NCBI RefSeq assembly: GCF_006345805.1 | Contig: NC_043004.1 | Span: forward strand, 28,830,001 to 28,894,000 | DNA: 64,000 bases | Direction of reading: 5' to 3' | From: Octopus sinensis | Lineage: Eukaryota | Shown: positions 27,436 to 40,790 of the stretch, one piece after another | Numbering within the stretch: the first letter of the stretch is position 1 | Layout of the letters: each line of letters opens with the position of its first letter | Made by a program: the position numbers and the translations under genes | The notes under the pieces: model-generated | What the model was told of the DNA's origin: nothing | Databases searched by the model: none | What the model saw: only the letters and a program-made list of their open reading frames with translations

Positions 27436-28069
27436 ATAAATATAATATGTGACAATTAGTTGGTTGTTATAATAAAACTCAGAGTTTCGGAAGCTGGGGC
27501 TGAAGTCTGCTTCAGCACCTCATCAATGCTATGAAAAGAAATAAAGGGAAATAACTCCTATAGGCATGTGGAAAGTAATACATCATTCATAGAATTCGCA
27601 TATGTACACATATACACACTTAGACGCATGCACACACATTGATACTCACACATGTGTGTATGTATACAAACACACATATATACATATATATGTCTACCCA
27701 TACATGCACATATACATGCATATATACTCATGCTATGCTCATACACACATACGCGGATATACAAAAAGTAGTTTATATGCACATGCATATATACATACGC
27801 GGATATACAAAAAGTAGTTTATATGTACATGCATATTCATACATAGAAAGACATATATACAAATAAAAACACATGCAGAAACACGCATCATTATATTCAT
27901 GCACATTATGTTCATACACCTCATGTATATACTAAACACATATAAGTTACACAATTATAAAGGGTGAAAAATAATATACAGAAAAAATATATAAATCAAT
28001 AAACTATATATAAGGAATATATAAGAGATATGAAGGCATATGAAAGGCTTGTACATGGACATAATATAA

Positions 28070-28600
28070 AAAGCAGATTCTATCTGTGATCATTGTGGGT
28101 CCAAAAATGTAGCAAATGTTTAGCAATTTGTGGACATCACCCCAAAAATTCAGTACTTCAATTTAGACATGTAGATGGGTCTAAAGAACTTTTCTAGATA
28201 AACCACGTTTCCATATCACAAAGACCAAACATTCCACTGCTGTTGGTGTAAGGCTTACACTTGGCCAAGATCTTCCAGTGAATCTTAAAGCTGACACTGT
28301 TTTTGTTTAAGGACCATGTTTCCCTTTTATTCTAGTGTTTGAAGCTTAAGGTGTAATTGTTGAACCTGGCTTTAAAATTTCCCTCTGCGAGACCCACATG
28401 TTTCCTTGATGAATCTAAGTCCTTAGTGGTTGTACTGTCTATAGTGGCTTCATAAAAGATGGCCTCAGTCATAAAAGTTCTATTTAGTGGGAACAAAATT
28501 TTAACTCTGCAAGAACAGCCGGCTTCATCTTGTTCTTTTTGTGTGTTGTATGCAGTTATATTTTAAAAGTTAGTAGTAGAACTAAAAGTAATTCTTAAGT
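28070..28600 (-). mobile_element. Penelope-like element, GIY-YIG endonuclease remnant
   Basis: Translation GCSCRVK...PLN..FMTEAIFYEATI...KHVGLAEGNFKARFNNYT.SFK...IHWKILAKCKPYTNSSG..GLCDME fits the PLE Uri-domain pattern. Confidence 0.8.
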
Positions 28601-28789
28601 TGAGCCTGTAAAAGAGATTTCTACAATTATGATTGATTGGAAAATGCCTATCTTATAAGTGATAAGAAATATCTACTTATATTACAGGTCACTTTGGGGG
28701 AGTAAAGTGGAGTGAACCAGATAATTTTCCTATTCCTATTTTTCCTTTTTTTTTTGTTACTGGACTAATAACAGGTGTATCCTGGTAAT

Positions 28790-29180
28790 GTGCACTTGGA
28801 AAGAGGTATCATCACTCATGTCGATACCCAGGTCCCTCACTGATTTAGGTTCTGGGATTGAAATTCCCTGTGGACCAGTGTACCCTGTAAGTTACATATT
28901 CAATTTTGGATGCTGCTAGCACAGGGCTTGGAACTTTACAGCATTAAACTGCATATCATTATCCTCAGCCCATCTGTAAATTGAGTCCAACCCCTGCTGC
29001 AGGTGTGCAACATCACTGGGGTTCTGTATTTTTTTTCTGCGAGACTTTCGCATCATCTGCATAGCTTGCAAGGGTGGCTATCTGGACATTTGAGGGCATA
29101 TCTGAGAGGGCCACTATAAAATGCTGTGGTCCCAAGATAGTGCCCTGTGAAACACCGCTCACTATTTGTGTTCACACTTT
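28790..29180 (-). mobile_element. CR1/L2-like LINE reverse-transcriptase fragment
   Basis: GVSQGTILGPQHF..ALSDMP...LASYADDAKV...LQQGLDSIYRWAEDNDMQFNAVKF...VRDLGIDMSDD. Confidence 0.9.
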
Positions 29181-30204
29181 CTCTGTCTCTCTTTCTGACA
29201 AGAAACACTTCTATGTCAGTCAATCACTGACTCACTCACTCAGAAGAGATGCGAGGAGAAATAAATTCAAAAAATGTACGCCATGTGTGTGTGTGTGCGT
29301 GAGGGAAAGAGTAACACATATATTTTTAAAATTTATATTTCCTCATATTTTGTTTGAGTGTGTGAGTGATTGACTGAGAGAGAGAGAGGTGTGTGTTTTC
29401 AGAAAGAGAGAAAGAGAAAGTGTGTGAGACAGAGGGAGAGAGAGAGAGAGAGAAAACTTAAATTCAATTTACTTTTTCTCGCATCTGTTTTTAGTGTTTG
29501 ATTGAGAGAGAAAGAGAGAGGAGCGTTACACTATCACACACACACACACACACACACTCTCTCTCTCTCTCTCTTTTTTTCTTTCAGTCAATCACTCACT
29601 CAAAAAAGAAGCGAGGAAAAATGAATTTAAAAATGTACAGTTACTCTCTCCCTCACACACACACACACACATCAACACACACCTTCTGTTTCTCTCAAAC
29701 ACACTTTCTATCTCGCACCCCACCCTCAACACATACACCCATCCCTGTCATTTTCTCTCTTTCACTTTATGCTGACATCAAAAGAAATGTACGTTTCCAC
29801 ATCAAAAAACAAATAAAAATAATTTACGGAATTTACCGAATGCTGTACCTTAACAGCTGATACATCATTGACAACTCTGATTCAAAACAAAGGATAGTCC
29901 TAGCCGAAACTTATCTCCTGCCATAAAATCTTCGATGATATAATGGTACCAGAAATAAATCACTGCTTTAATCTCCACCTCAAAAAAACCTACCATCAAA
30001 TTAGTGGAACACCTCAAAACAACAAATCAAATGGAATAAAGAGTACACATATCACAACAAAAATAACACCAAGCGTGTGTTTGCGTGTGTGTGTGTGTGT
30101 AGACTTACAATATATCCTATTTGTTAAGAAAATTTTACCCAATCATTCAATAAAACTCAAATGAGATAAAGAGTACACGCTTTATCCACCTAAACAGTGC
30201 AACA

Positions 30205-31735
30205 GGACCCGCTTGGTAGTCAAGTCCTTGATGCCCCACTTTATTGAAGCCAACATTGTTATGAGGTGTAGGTGGGAGGAAATGTTTTCATTACAAGGAT
30301 TCAGCTTTATCCCTCGGAGTCAGACATGCCATTTCACTTCTGCAGATCACAGTTCCCGGTGAGGCCCAAAGCCAAACACTATCAGTGGCAGGCATCCATT
30401 AAGGAGGTGGGGGCGTGCCTTTCACATGGGCAACTTTATGTGGCTTGCTCCCGAGTGGGGAGTAGAAACACTGCTTTTGTGTATGCCCCTCAGGGCAGAA
30501 CACACAATGTTGTCTATAGCGATGTTTTATAGACGTAGAAAGAAGAACAAGTCATCAGTGCAGCCAATGTGGTTATAAACAGGTGATCCGAAAGCACTGG
30601 CCGGATATATTCTCAAACCATGGCAACATGACTCATCCTCCTCTTTATTGGACAATGCTGACTTCTTCGACAACAATGCTCACTCGGCCAATATCACTGC
30701 TTGGCCAAGTTGCTCATAGAGTTAGGCTAGCAGGGCCAGACCCCTTATTTTTTTGGTTAAGACTGTTAGTAAGTTTTCTTAAGTTATTCCAATCCAGATC
30801 CCCAATGCAAAACTTCGAATCAACCTTCTTCACTGCAGATCTATAATGCAAATCTTCGATCCAGTGTAAACTTTCAATGCAACCTTCCCCAATGCATATC
30901 TTCGATGCAGCTTTGGTTGATAGTACCCCTAGGAGGGGATAGGACAAGATTAGTCGCTGCCTTTTAGAGGCTCCCGAGCCTCAATTCGCTAGGTTAGCTT
31001 AGGCTTAGGTTAAGGCTTAGTTATGATCCGAACATAACCTTTTCTGACACAGAGGATTGAGAGCCCTTTCTTTTGGGAGTTGTATTTTCCTTGCCAGAAG
31101 GTTTCCCAAACCATGGGCCAAGTGGGGGGTTATATGATGATGTGGGGTTTGAAAGGGCTGGTATGTGCAGCCTGCTCACTTCTACCGGTCAAACTCCCAA
31201 CCCATGCGTTCCCATCGTGACACTGATTTTGCAGAACTGGGTTGGGTGTGAAAACTAACTTTAAAGTATAAATATAGATTTTTTGAATCAGCAATGTTGT
31301 GTTCGGTTAAGTCCTTTTGGGGGTGGAAAATCAAGAAACTGATTCCTTATGGGGTTTTCCATTCAATTAGGATGAAAAATCCTTATAGGATTTCCCATAT
31401 ACAATTGACCACACCCCATTTTCAACAATAATTTTACGTATTTTGTTCAAACTTTATGCTGGCATTGCTTAGGACTTATGGGATCTTTAAATGCTTCAAG
31501 TTCTCAAAAAACTTTTTAAAAAAACAATCGATGACTGGAAAAAAAATCGATGAACCGATTCCTTATGGGATTTCCCAATCAAATTGTCTGCAACCCATTC
31601 TCTGCCAAACGTTTACAAATTTCAATGGATTTCGCTCATATTTGACTGTGTAACTTAAGTTTGGTTGGAAACAAAGCGCTTGATTAGCTTAATAATCCTA
31701 ACTTAATCCCAGGCAACACCGGGGTGGACTGCTAG
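30205..31735 (+). mobile_element. Internally deleted Helitron: RepHel helicase C-terminus (30205-30532) and 3' terminus
   Basis: VFITRIQLYPSESDMPFHFCRSQFPVR...SHGQLYVACSRVG...GRTHNVVYSDVL* is the PIF1-like C-terminus. The 3' hairpin CCCAGGCAACACCGGG is followed by CTAG|T at 31732-31736. That both parts belong to one element is inferred. Confidence 0.8.
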
Positions 31736-31788
31736 TATATATATGTATGTATGTGTGTATAATATATATATGTATAATATATATATAT

Positions 31789-31832
<44 letters not shown>

Positions 31833-31884
31833 TTTATACACGGGTCCTGTTGCACTGTTTAAGTGGATAAAGCATGTACTCTTT

Positions 31885-32200
31885 ATCTCATATATATATG
31901 TGTATAAAATATATAATATATATATATTTATATGTAATCTCATATATATATGTGTATAAAATATATAATATATATATATATTTATATGTAATCTCATATA
32001 TATATGTGTATAAAATATATAATATATATATATATTTATATGTAATCTCATATATATATGTGTATAAAATATATAATATATATATATATATTTATATGTA
32101 ATCTCATATATATATGTGTATAAAATATATAATATATATATATATTTATATGTAATCTCATATATATATGTGTATAAAATATATAATATATATATATTTA
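31885..32200. repeat. ~54-bp tandem repeat, about 6 copies (ATCTCATATATATATGTGTATAAAATATATAA...)
   Basis: The ATCTC anchor recurs about every 53-55 bp. Confidence 0.9.
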
Positions 32201-32304
32201 TATGTAATATATATTTATATATATATATATGTAATATATATTTATGTGTGTGTGTAATATATATATATATGTATGTAATATATATATATATTTCCCCATC
32301 AGTT

Positions 32305-33420
32305 GAAAACCAATGTTGTTGTGCTGATGTCCTCGTAACTTAGCTGTTTGGCAAAAGAGGCCGATAGAATAAGTACTAGACTTACAAAAAATATACTCTG
32401 TAATGAATTTTTTCGACCAAAGGCAGCGCACTAGCATAGGCGCAGTTAAATGACTGAAAGAAATACAAGATTAAAAGAATAGAATATATGGAATATATGT
32501 ATATACATATATGCTATGTATGTATACATGTGTGTTGTGTTGTGTGTGTATATATATATACACACACATAGATATATATGTGTGTCTGTGATATATATAT
32601 ACATGTATATATGTGTGGAATGTGTGTGTGTGTAATATATATTCTTTTATTCGTTTCAGTCATTTGGCTGCAGCTTTCCTGGAGCACCGCCTTTAGTCGA
32701 ACAAATCGACCCCAGGACTTATTCTTTGTAAGCCTACTACTTATTCTATCAGTCTCTTTTGCTGAACTGCTAAGTTATGGGAGCACAGACACACCAGCAT
32801 CAGTTGTCAAGCATTGGTGGGGAGACAAACAAAGACATACAAAGATATATATATACATATATACGACGAGCTTCTTTCAGTTTCCATCTACCAATTCCAC
32901 TCACAAGGCTTTGGTCGGCCCGAGGCTACAGTAGAAGACACTTGCCCAAGGTGCCACGCAGTGGTACTGAATCCGGAACCATGTTGTTGATAAGCAAGCT
33001 ACTTACCACATAGCCACTCCTACGCTTATATGTATATAAATATACTCTTTTACTTGTTTCAGTCATTTGACTGCAGCACCGCCTTTAATCGAGTAACTCA
33101 ACCCTGGGACTTATTCTTTGTATGCCTAGTACTTATTCTATCGGTCTCTTTTGCCGAACCGCTAAGTAACGAGGACATAAACACACCAGCATCGGTTGTC
33201 AGGTGATGTTGGGGGGACAAGCACAGACACACGCATATATATATATACATATATACGACGAGCTTCTTTAAGTTTCCGTCTACCAAATCCACTCACAAGG
33301 CTTTGGTCGGCCCGAGACTATAGTAGAAGACACTTGCCCAAGGTGCCACGCAGTGGGACTGAACCCGGAACCATGTGGTTGGTAAGCAAGCTACTTACCA
33401 CATAGCCACTCCTACGCCTA
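32305..33420. mobile_element. Cluster of three tRNA-derived SINEs (32305-32470 +; 32640-33028 -; 33043-33420 -)
   Basis: Shared body TTTCAGTTTCCxTCTACCAAxTCCACTCACAAGGCTTTGGTCGGCCCGAG...CACTTGCCCAAGGTGCCACGCAGTGG. Confidence 0.9.
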
Positions 33421-33829
33421 TATGTATATAAATATGTATATATTATGTATATATATACATCTATATATATGTGTGTGTGTCTCTGTGTGTATGTATGTAT
33501 TGAGTGTTAGAAGTGGTACACAAATATTGAATACTGAGAAAAGAGGTCACCAGAATTTTGGAAAAAGAATTGTTTTTTATTTAGACGTTTGTTCATTTTT
33601 CAAACTTGTCAAATAAAATTTTTTGTGCATATACAAACAAGTCGCTTATTTATATAAAACAGATGCTCTTTTGTTTTGTTTAGAAATGCAGAACACTGTT
33701 TTTTGTTTTGGGGTTTTTTTTTTGTTTTTTGGGGTGAGGTTCCAGGACAATGGAAATAGATAAGTATATATATACACACACACACACACACACATATACA
33801 TATATATATGAAGATATATATATAAGACA

Positions 33830-34850
33830 CAAAGTAGGAAGAAGAAAAACCCATAAAAATGTGGAAAAAACAAGAGTGGTTCACCAACTATGAAAAAAAT
33901 ATTGAGAAAAATCCATTATGAAAATGAAACCACAACAACAAAAGAATGAGAAAATCGAAAACAAACATAGACACAAACCCCCCGAGGAACCGAACTCAGG
34001 TATCAAACCTCTGGTTACCCTAGAACATATGCAGAAATGACCTCCATGTCACCCCAGGTGCAAACCAGAAGCCCATATGGTGCAATACATAAGACTGCAA
34101 TAAGCCAACACATGAAATATAGAAGACAACTATCAACCCATAATATCAAACACCCTAGATGGACAAATACACGGGGAAAAAGACAACCACCAACCCGTAA
34201 TAGTATGTACCCTAGATCAGTACTACTCAAAGTAGTGGTCCACACACCGGTGCGGGTCCGCTTCTGGTACACGTCGAGTTTCCAGAAAAGAAAGAAACAT
34301 AAAATGCATATAGAATGCTAATGTAATATTGCATTATTTGTATACAAAATAAATATAGGATAAAAAAAATTGTCAACTTTTATTATATTCATTGTATACA
34401 TTGTTTCAGGTATAAATTAATATCACTAAGAAATATTACCATTCCCTGGCACATTGGGGGAAAAAATACTACCAGTATGCCACATCAGATAGTTCAAGAA
34501 GCACTGCCCTAGATGGATGAATCAACGGGAAGAAAGACAAAAAGATTATGGACAACACAGAAGCCATAATAGGAATAACTGCCATGGTAACTCAAGAATC
34601 CCACAATTTACGACTAAAAATCCTATATATCCTGAATGGCCCAAAAAACATGGAAGATGGGAAGAAAACAGAACCTATAGACAATGGAATCCCGTAGAAA
34701 AATCATGAGCCATCCCACCATCTACATGGAGACACATTAACACAATTCCTTTTTTTTTAAGGAGAAAATACACAATCACGCACCAGACCCGACACAACAC
34801 AAAATTTTAATGAACACACAGAACATATATGTTAAAGATAAAAAGAGAAG
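33830..34850 (+). mobile_element. Probable 5' region of a Penelope-like element
   Basis: 34750-34830 (CACCAGACCCGACACAACACAAAATTTTAATGAACACACAGAACATAT) is homologous to the start of the PLE ORF at 37730-37800. Confidence 0.5.
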
Positions 34851-36540
34851 ACAGAATATACCAACAAAAAAATTTACATTATCACAACAATTGGTTCATC
34901 TTCAAAATGCACTGCTCCCTTGTGGGCGTGGAACGATGCAACAACACTAGATGCAATTCACAATGCATAGAAGACTCCACAGGTGAGATAAGGTTTTAAG
35001 CTGGGAGATTTACATTTGAGCTTCGCTGTATTGAGAGATTTTAACAGTTAGACAAATACACAGACAGACGTGCACATACATACATTTACATAAATGCAAA
35101 GACATATAGATGCACAGGTTAATAATTATACTCGTGGTCATATGCCAGCACACATGACCACATGTATGTATGTCAGTCAATCACACACGCACACATACAT
35201 ACAGAAACATACCTAGACATATGCATACATCCCCCAGGGCACAAAAATTCACCCACCTTGACCCATACAGAGATCACATCAACACTGCCTCCACAGAGCA
35301 CATGTACACACACACACACACACACAGATACAGCCACAGACTCACACAGGCACACTCACATCTTCACATAATTCTAAGAGATCCCACCCACACAGACCTA
35401 CACATCCCATCACACTCATACCACAGGACATACAATTGAAAATGTACATTAACACCCATAGTCTCACATGTCTGCAGGCAAGTACACTTGTACACTCACA
35501 TAATTATACATACATACATGTTCATACACAGATATACTTATGTACACATGCATACACACCAGAGACTTCCATTCAGCATTTATATATACACACAGGCTTA
35601 TAAAAACACCTCAACTTTGCACCTACATGCACACACTCACAAAACTACTCTGACACACATGCAAGTACAGAATAGTAAACAACACATGGGCAAAAGCCCA
35701 CACACCTGTCCATGGGCACATAGCAGTGTATGAAATGATAGCATGATGTTTACTGTTCAATGTAGATTATGGCAGTTCAGTGCTGTGTTAACAGGGTAGT
35801 AATATTTGAAGGTGGCTATTATGGCATGTAAACAACATGTAATGGGTTCTGTTAATTTATTAATGACCTTTTCATGAGTAAGCAATATTGACAGGGATTC
35901 TACAGAGCACAGTCCACAGGTCCTAGAATGTGAGTTGTAGGGTTTTGTGTATTTCATAAATGACTATGAAATCTCATATTTAATCCTGCTGGTTTTCAAT
36001 TGCCACAGAAAATCTGCCAGTTACGTCACGTGTCTCTTGTTCAGTTTTCTAAAACTAGAAAAATGATTTCTATATCGATTCTTGAAAGGAATCAACTGTG
36101 GCACCGATATAAACATAAGGACCTCCCCTCACATGCACAGTGCATTTATAGATGTTACGAGTCGTGCAAAAATTAACCAATTGGTTGTCGATTCATCATG
36201 CTGTTGCTGCGTGGGTTCTGTAGGCTCAATGTTAATCTCCCAGTTTAAAACATTATAATCCCACCTGAGGAGTCTTCTATGCACTGTGAGTTGCATCTGG
36301 TGTTATCGCATCATTCCATGCCCAAAAGGGCATGATAATATAAATTTTTTTGTTGGTACATTCCATCTTATCTTTTTATCTTTAATATATACCCAAGATC
36401 CATCCTGAAATTATTACAATGATGTTTGCTGTGTATCACTGGTGAACATACTCCACAGACACATGACATGGGACTTACCCTGAAATGAGGTTTAGATACT
36501 GTGTTTAACACGTATTTTCTCAACCATAATTTTTTAGCTT

Positions 36541-36559
<19 letters not shown>

Positions 36560-36572
<13 letters not shown>

Positions 36573-37109
36573 ACTTAGAATAACTTAGAAAGGTTTTGGC
36601 CAGTATTGGCCCAGGCCATGTCTAACTTAATAGCACCACCTGGTGAAGTCTTTCAATTCAGGATTTGGGCACCAAGGCCCATTCGAGCAGAGAGTTATTG
36701 TTTGCGGAGACATATCCGGGTGTGGGTGGTTTGTCTGGGACTGTTTGAAGGAATTTGTCCAAAATCTTCTTGAATTTTGTGTGGTCAGTTTCTGTTTTGA
36801 TGTGTCTTGGTGTAATGTTGAAGAGGGCGGGTCCAATTGAGGTGAAATAATTGTGCCGCAATGTTGTTATGAGATGCGATTGAGATTTTTGTTGTGGACG
36901 GATGGCACGGGGTCCAAGTCTTGGATGTATTTTGAAGGTGATACCAACATCATTTGGACAGTGCTGATGGAATATTTTCCACATCATACAGATAATGTAG
37001 CGTTCACGGCGTCGTTGGAGTGAATACAGTTTCAGCTTTTCCAGTCGATCCCAGTAGTCGAGGTCTGACATGCCGTCTATCTTTTTCATGATTGACCTTT
37101 GGGAGTCAA
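36560..37109 (-). mobile_element. CR1/L2-like LINE 3' end with open C-terminal frame
   Basis: SQRSIMKKIDGMSDLDYWDRLEKLKLYSLQRRRERY...GPALFN...FKKILDKFLQTVPDKP...NNNSLLEW; short (TTCTAAGTTA)2 tail. Confidence 0.9.
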
Positions 37110-37689
37110 TATATATATATATATATATAAGGGCATAGAAGCGGCAAAATTTACACACACGCTGAAATCAAAGCGACAAGCTAATGGAAATTAATAATAA
37201 AGATAGTCCTGGATTAGCTAATTTCTAGATTTGCCCAGTGGCTTTTCCTTCTTCAGCAGGACACACTTACAGGAAATAAATAAGATATATATATGTACCC
37301 ACAGGAAAGCAAAATGCAAATCCATAAGCACATATAAATACCCCAGATACCCTCACACTAAATTTCATAAGTGGTGAGAAGATTTAGCAACTTCTGAAGT
37401 GGTGAGAAGATTTAGCATCTATTTTGGCATATAGGCTGGAAAATTTCAATGCCCTTAATTATAAATATAATTTCACCTTAATCGGTCTTTTTGTATAAGC
37501 TGGCCACTAATAAAATTTTCTTTTAAAAATGTTATCCTTTCTTATTGTAATTGAAAAATCTCTATTCACTTCAGCACAACATAGCCCCCTATGTGTTTTG
37601 CGACCAACTGCACATGTTGCTGAAGCAAGCTACAAAATTTGTGTGCAGGTGTCAGAGATATTTATATGTATTTTGGGGAGAATTTTTTG

Positions 37690-38600
37690 ATGAAATGTAG
37701 TTCTATTGCTTTTCGGTATTTTGGTATTTAGGAAGAAAATACCAAAATCAGGCACCAGACCTGATAAAATGCAAAATTTAAATGAACACACAGAACATAT
37801 AGACCCGAAGATCATAAATTTGTCAAATAGAAACCTCAACAAGAGTGAGATGAACCTCCTATTAAAAGATTTCAAGTTTACCCCGACACCCACCCCTAAT
37901 CTCATTGAACTGAAATCTGATATTGAACACTTCAACCGCCACCTCCGACTTACAGAATTCTTCAGCAGTAAGGATTTAAAAGATAAATAAATAGTCAGAA
38001 ATAAATCCCACTTCACCCCCTACAAGGGAAAGGACAAATATTTAGATGCGCATATAGACACGATTTCAAAATTTCCCCTAAATACCCACAGATGCAAACA
38101 AAATCTTCGTGAAGAAGAAAAGGAAGCCTTACAAACACTGAAGAATGACAACTCAATCATCCTAAAAGAAGCCGATTAGGGAGGGGCGACAGTAACGTGG
38201 ACAAGGACAAAAATAAGGATAAAATATTGGAAATGTTAACAAACCAAACCTACTACAAGGAAGAACCAAGACACTCAGGAAAAAACAATAATGAATAAAA
38301 TCGGAAGACTAATTAATGAATTCCAAGATTCCTTCACAGACAAGGAGAAAGATTATATATGCAGTTCTGTAACCAAAGAGAGCAATTTCTATGGATTACC
38401 CAAAATACACAAAAGCTCCAAAATACAAAGTGCCATAAATAAGCAGAAGAACCAATACATAAAAATACTGACCTCAAACTAAGACCAATACTCGCCGGAC
38501 CTCAAGCACCAACACAACAAATAAGTCATTTTTTAGATATCCTCCTAAAACCTTTGTGCCATTTAATACCCAGTTATGTATGGAATGGTACAGATTTCAT
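37690..38600 (+). mobile_element. Penelope-like element, N-terminal and early RT region
   Basis: IINLSNRNLNKSEMNLLLKDFKFTPTP...LKNDNSIILKEAD*GGA...NFYGLPKIHK...RPILAGP..PTQQISHFLDILLKP. Confidence 0.9.
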
Positions 38601-38779
38601 CCAATGGGACTTAAACCAGCCACTGCAAGGACAACCAGCAAGTATTGATGGCCGACAACTTCAAAAACTTTTGACTGATCCAAATTAATCAGGGCCCCAC
38701 CCATGCTGGGTTTCTTCCCTACCCTCTCTATGATGTAGAGAGTGATGATGTGGAGGTTGTCGTGAATAGATCAGTTCAG

Positions 38780-39110
38780 TAGATCAGTTAAGGTAGACAT
38801 TCACCAAGAGATCACTGAACAAGTCTGGCATATGGAGACAAAGATCAAAGGGCAGACCATCCAGCCTGGAGACTTCTTCCACATGCAGCTCATTAACACA
38901 GCCCATAGTTCTTTGGCTGTTATCAGCATTTCATAGAATTTTGCATCCCTGGATATAAGTCTCAGCATGCTACTGAGGTAGGAGGTGAAATCCACCCCTG
39001 TCCCAACCCATCATGTCGTGATATGCCACTGAAATTCCATAGACATCTGCTTGGATTCATATAGCATGCATCCATCCCAGCCCGTCAAAAGCCCAAATTG
39101 AGGCTTTGTT
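38780..39110 (-). mobile_element. Old Tx1/L1-clade LINE fragment (linker before RT)
   Basis: VDFTSYLSSMLRL...LITAKELWAVLMSCMWKKSPGW resembles the ITxxE...KSPGxDG motif. Confidence 0.6.
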
Positions 39111-39159
39111 TCCACACTGCACTTTTGCCACCCAAGCCCTTTGAATTGCTTTCATCCCT

Positions 39160-39380
39160 TCATGTCTGAGAGCACTCCAAACTCAGTAACAATTTGGAGG
39201 GAGGGAATGAATCAATTACATTGAACCCAGTGTCCAACTGGTACTTATTATTAGTGACAACAAAAGGATGAAAGGTAAAGTCGACCTCAATGGAATTTGA
39301 ACTCAGAACATAACAACAAGCGAAATACTCACAAAGTATTTTATTCAGGTCACTGATTCTGCCAGTTCATCGCCTTAATA
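39160..39380 (-). mobile_element. SINE (second family), decayed
   Basis: AACTGGTACTTATT...AAAGGATGAAAGGTAAAGTCGACCTCAATGGAATTTGAACTCAGAAC. Confidence 0.75.
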
Positions 39381-39391
39381 ATAATAATAAT

Positions 39392-40450
39392 GGTTTCTTT
39401 ATTCACCACAAGGGTTTACATTAAGAAAAAACATTATGGACAGTACAGTACAAAACAAAGAATGTGTGTGTGTCTGTATGTGTGTGTGTGTGTGTGCGCG
39501 CGCGCGTGCATGAGTATGTGTTGTGAAGGTTTTGCATGTAAACAAGACTAACAAAATTTTTTAAAAATCAACAATGTGATCCTCAGTGGGGTTGCTCATG
39601 GAAAAAACCCAGAAAAGTTCATGGGTAACCTGACTTCTGGGGTAGGTGCCCTTTTTCCTTTTCTTTTTTCCAACTACAGGTTAGGCCCATTCACCCACAC
39701 TAATCTCACCACTTTCGTCCACCTTTCAGCAATCTGGCTAGAAGACAACACTTCCCTCTCTACCCTTATTTTCCTTTTCAAGTGAAACTTGAAGAAGTTC
39801 ATCAAGGATTGGTCAAAGAGAAAAATGTTTGTCTTCAGCCCCTTCAATCTCGTCCACCATAGAACCTCTTTTGCCCTGGCAACCAGGCATATAAACACAC
39901 CCTTTCCTTCCTGGTTAAAGGAAGGTAGTGGGGCGATGTTCATGATGGATTCAGTTGACAGCCAGATCTGTCCCACATGTGACAGCAGGTGATCAACATA
40001 AACCCACAGGTCAGCAATGCTTGGGCACTGGACGAGTGCATGCAGGACTGTCTCATCATCCTGCACACTTCTCCAACATACTTGGCTGATGGTACTTCTA
40101 TGCCTGTAAAGTTAATACTGAACAGGCAAAGCTCTCCAGTAGCACTGCCAGGCTAGGAATTTTTTTCAAAGTATTCATTGGTCCTGGGGCTGAAAGTTCT
40201 CTGGAAAAGAGTGTCTAGTTCATCTTCCACGCCATCACACTTTTCCTCCACTAATCCTCTATAAAAAGCTGAAGTGGACGTTCCACCGATCACAGTGTCT
40301 GATTGGCTGAGGGGTGTGAGCGGGTGAAAACATTCCACTTTCTAAATGCTCCCCCTTGGTCTCTGTTTTACCCAGGACTGCAGATCCGTTAAAGAAACTA
40401 GCTGTGGAAATATGTCTGGCGAATGGTGACCACATCTGATCACAATCAAG
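39392..40450 (-). mobile_element. Tx1/L1-clade LINE 3' fragment
   Basis: ETVLHALVQCPSIADLW...FKFHLKRKIRVEREVL C-terminal zinc-knuckle region; 3' UTR ending AATAAAGAAA. Confidence 0.85.
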
Positions 40451-40519
40451 GAAGCACTGAAGATGTTTTCCATACATTAAACATTAATCACACCATCGAC
40501 ACAACTTAATGAAAATCTA

Positions 40520-40790
40520 TAAAACCTGATTTTTGCTGGCATAATTGCAATCTAGATTCTCTAAAAGGTATCTGTAAAATTTCATTAAGAAATACTCATT
40601 TTCCTGAAATTACGAGGAAACAAAACTGAATTGTGAATTTTCTGAAATTCCTCTCACCACCCTGGGAAAAAAATCTTTTACATTAAATTCTGATGCAATT
40701 GAAATCTGCACTGTCTGAAGCATATTTGTAGAAAATTTCATAAAAAAGTATCCATTTTTCTGAAAGTTTCTAGTGGAGGCACACACTTGT
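40520..40790. repeat. Fragment of the 8.5-10 kb foldback family
   Basis: AAAATTTCATTAAGAAATACTCATTTTCCTGAAA and AAAATTTCATAAAAAAGTATCCATTTTTCTGAAAGTT match the inverted ~155-bp unit. Confidence 0.6.

Noticed and set aside
30990-31022. TTAGGC/TTAGG telomere-like repeats
   Set aside because: Only a few degenerate units inside a Helitron region; not a telomeric array.
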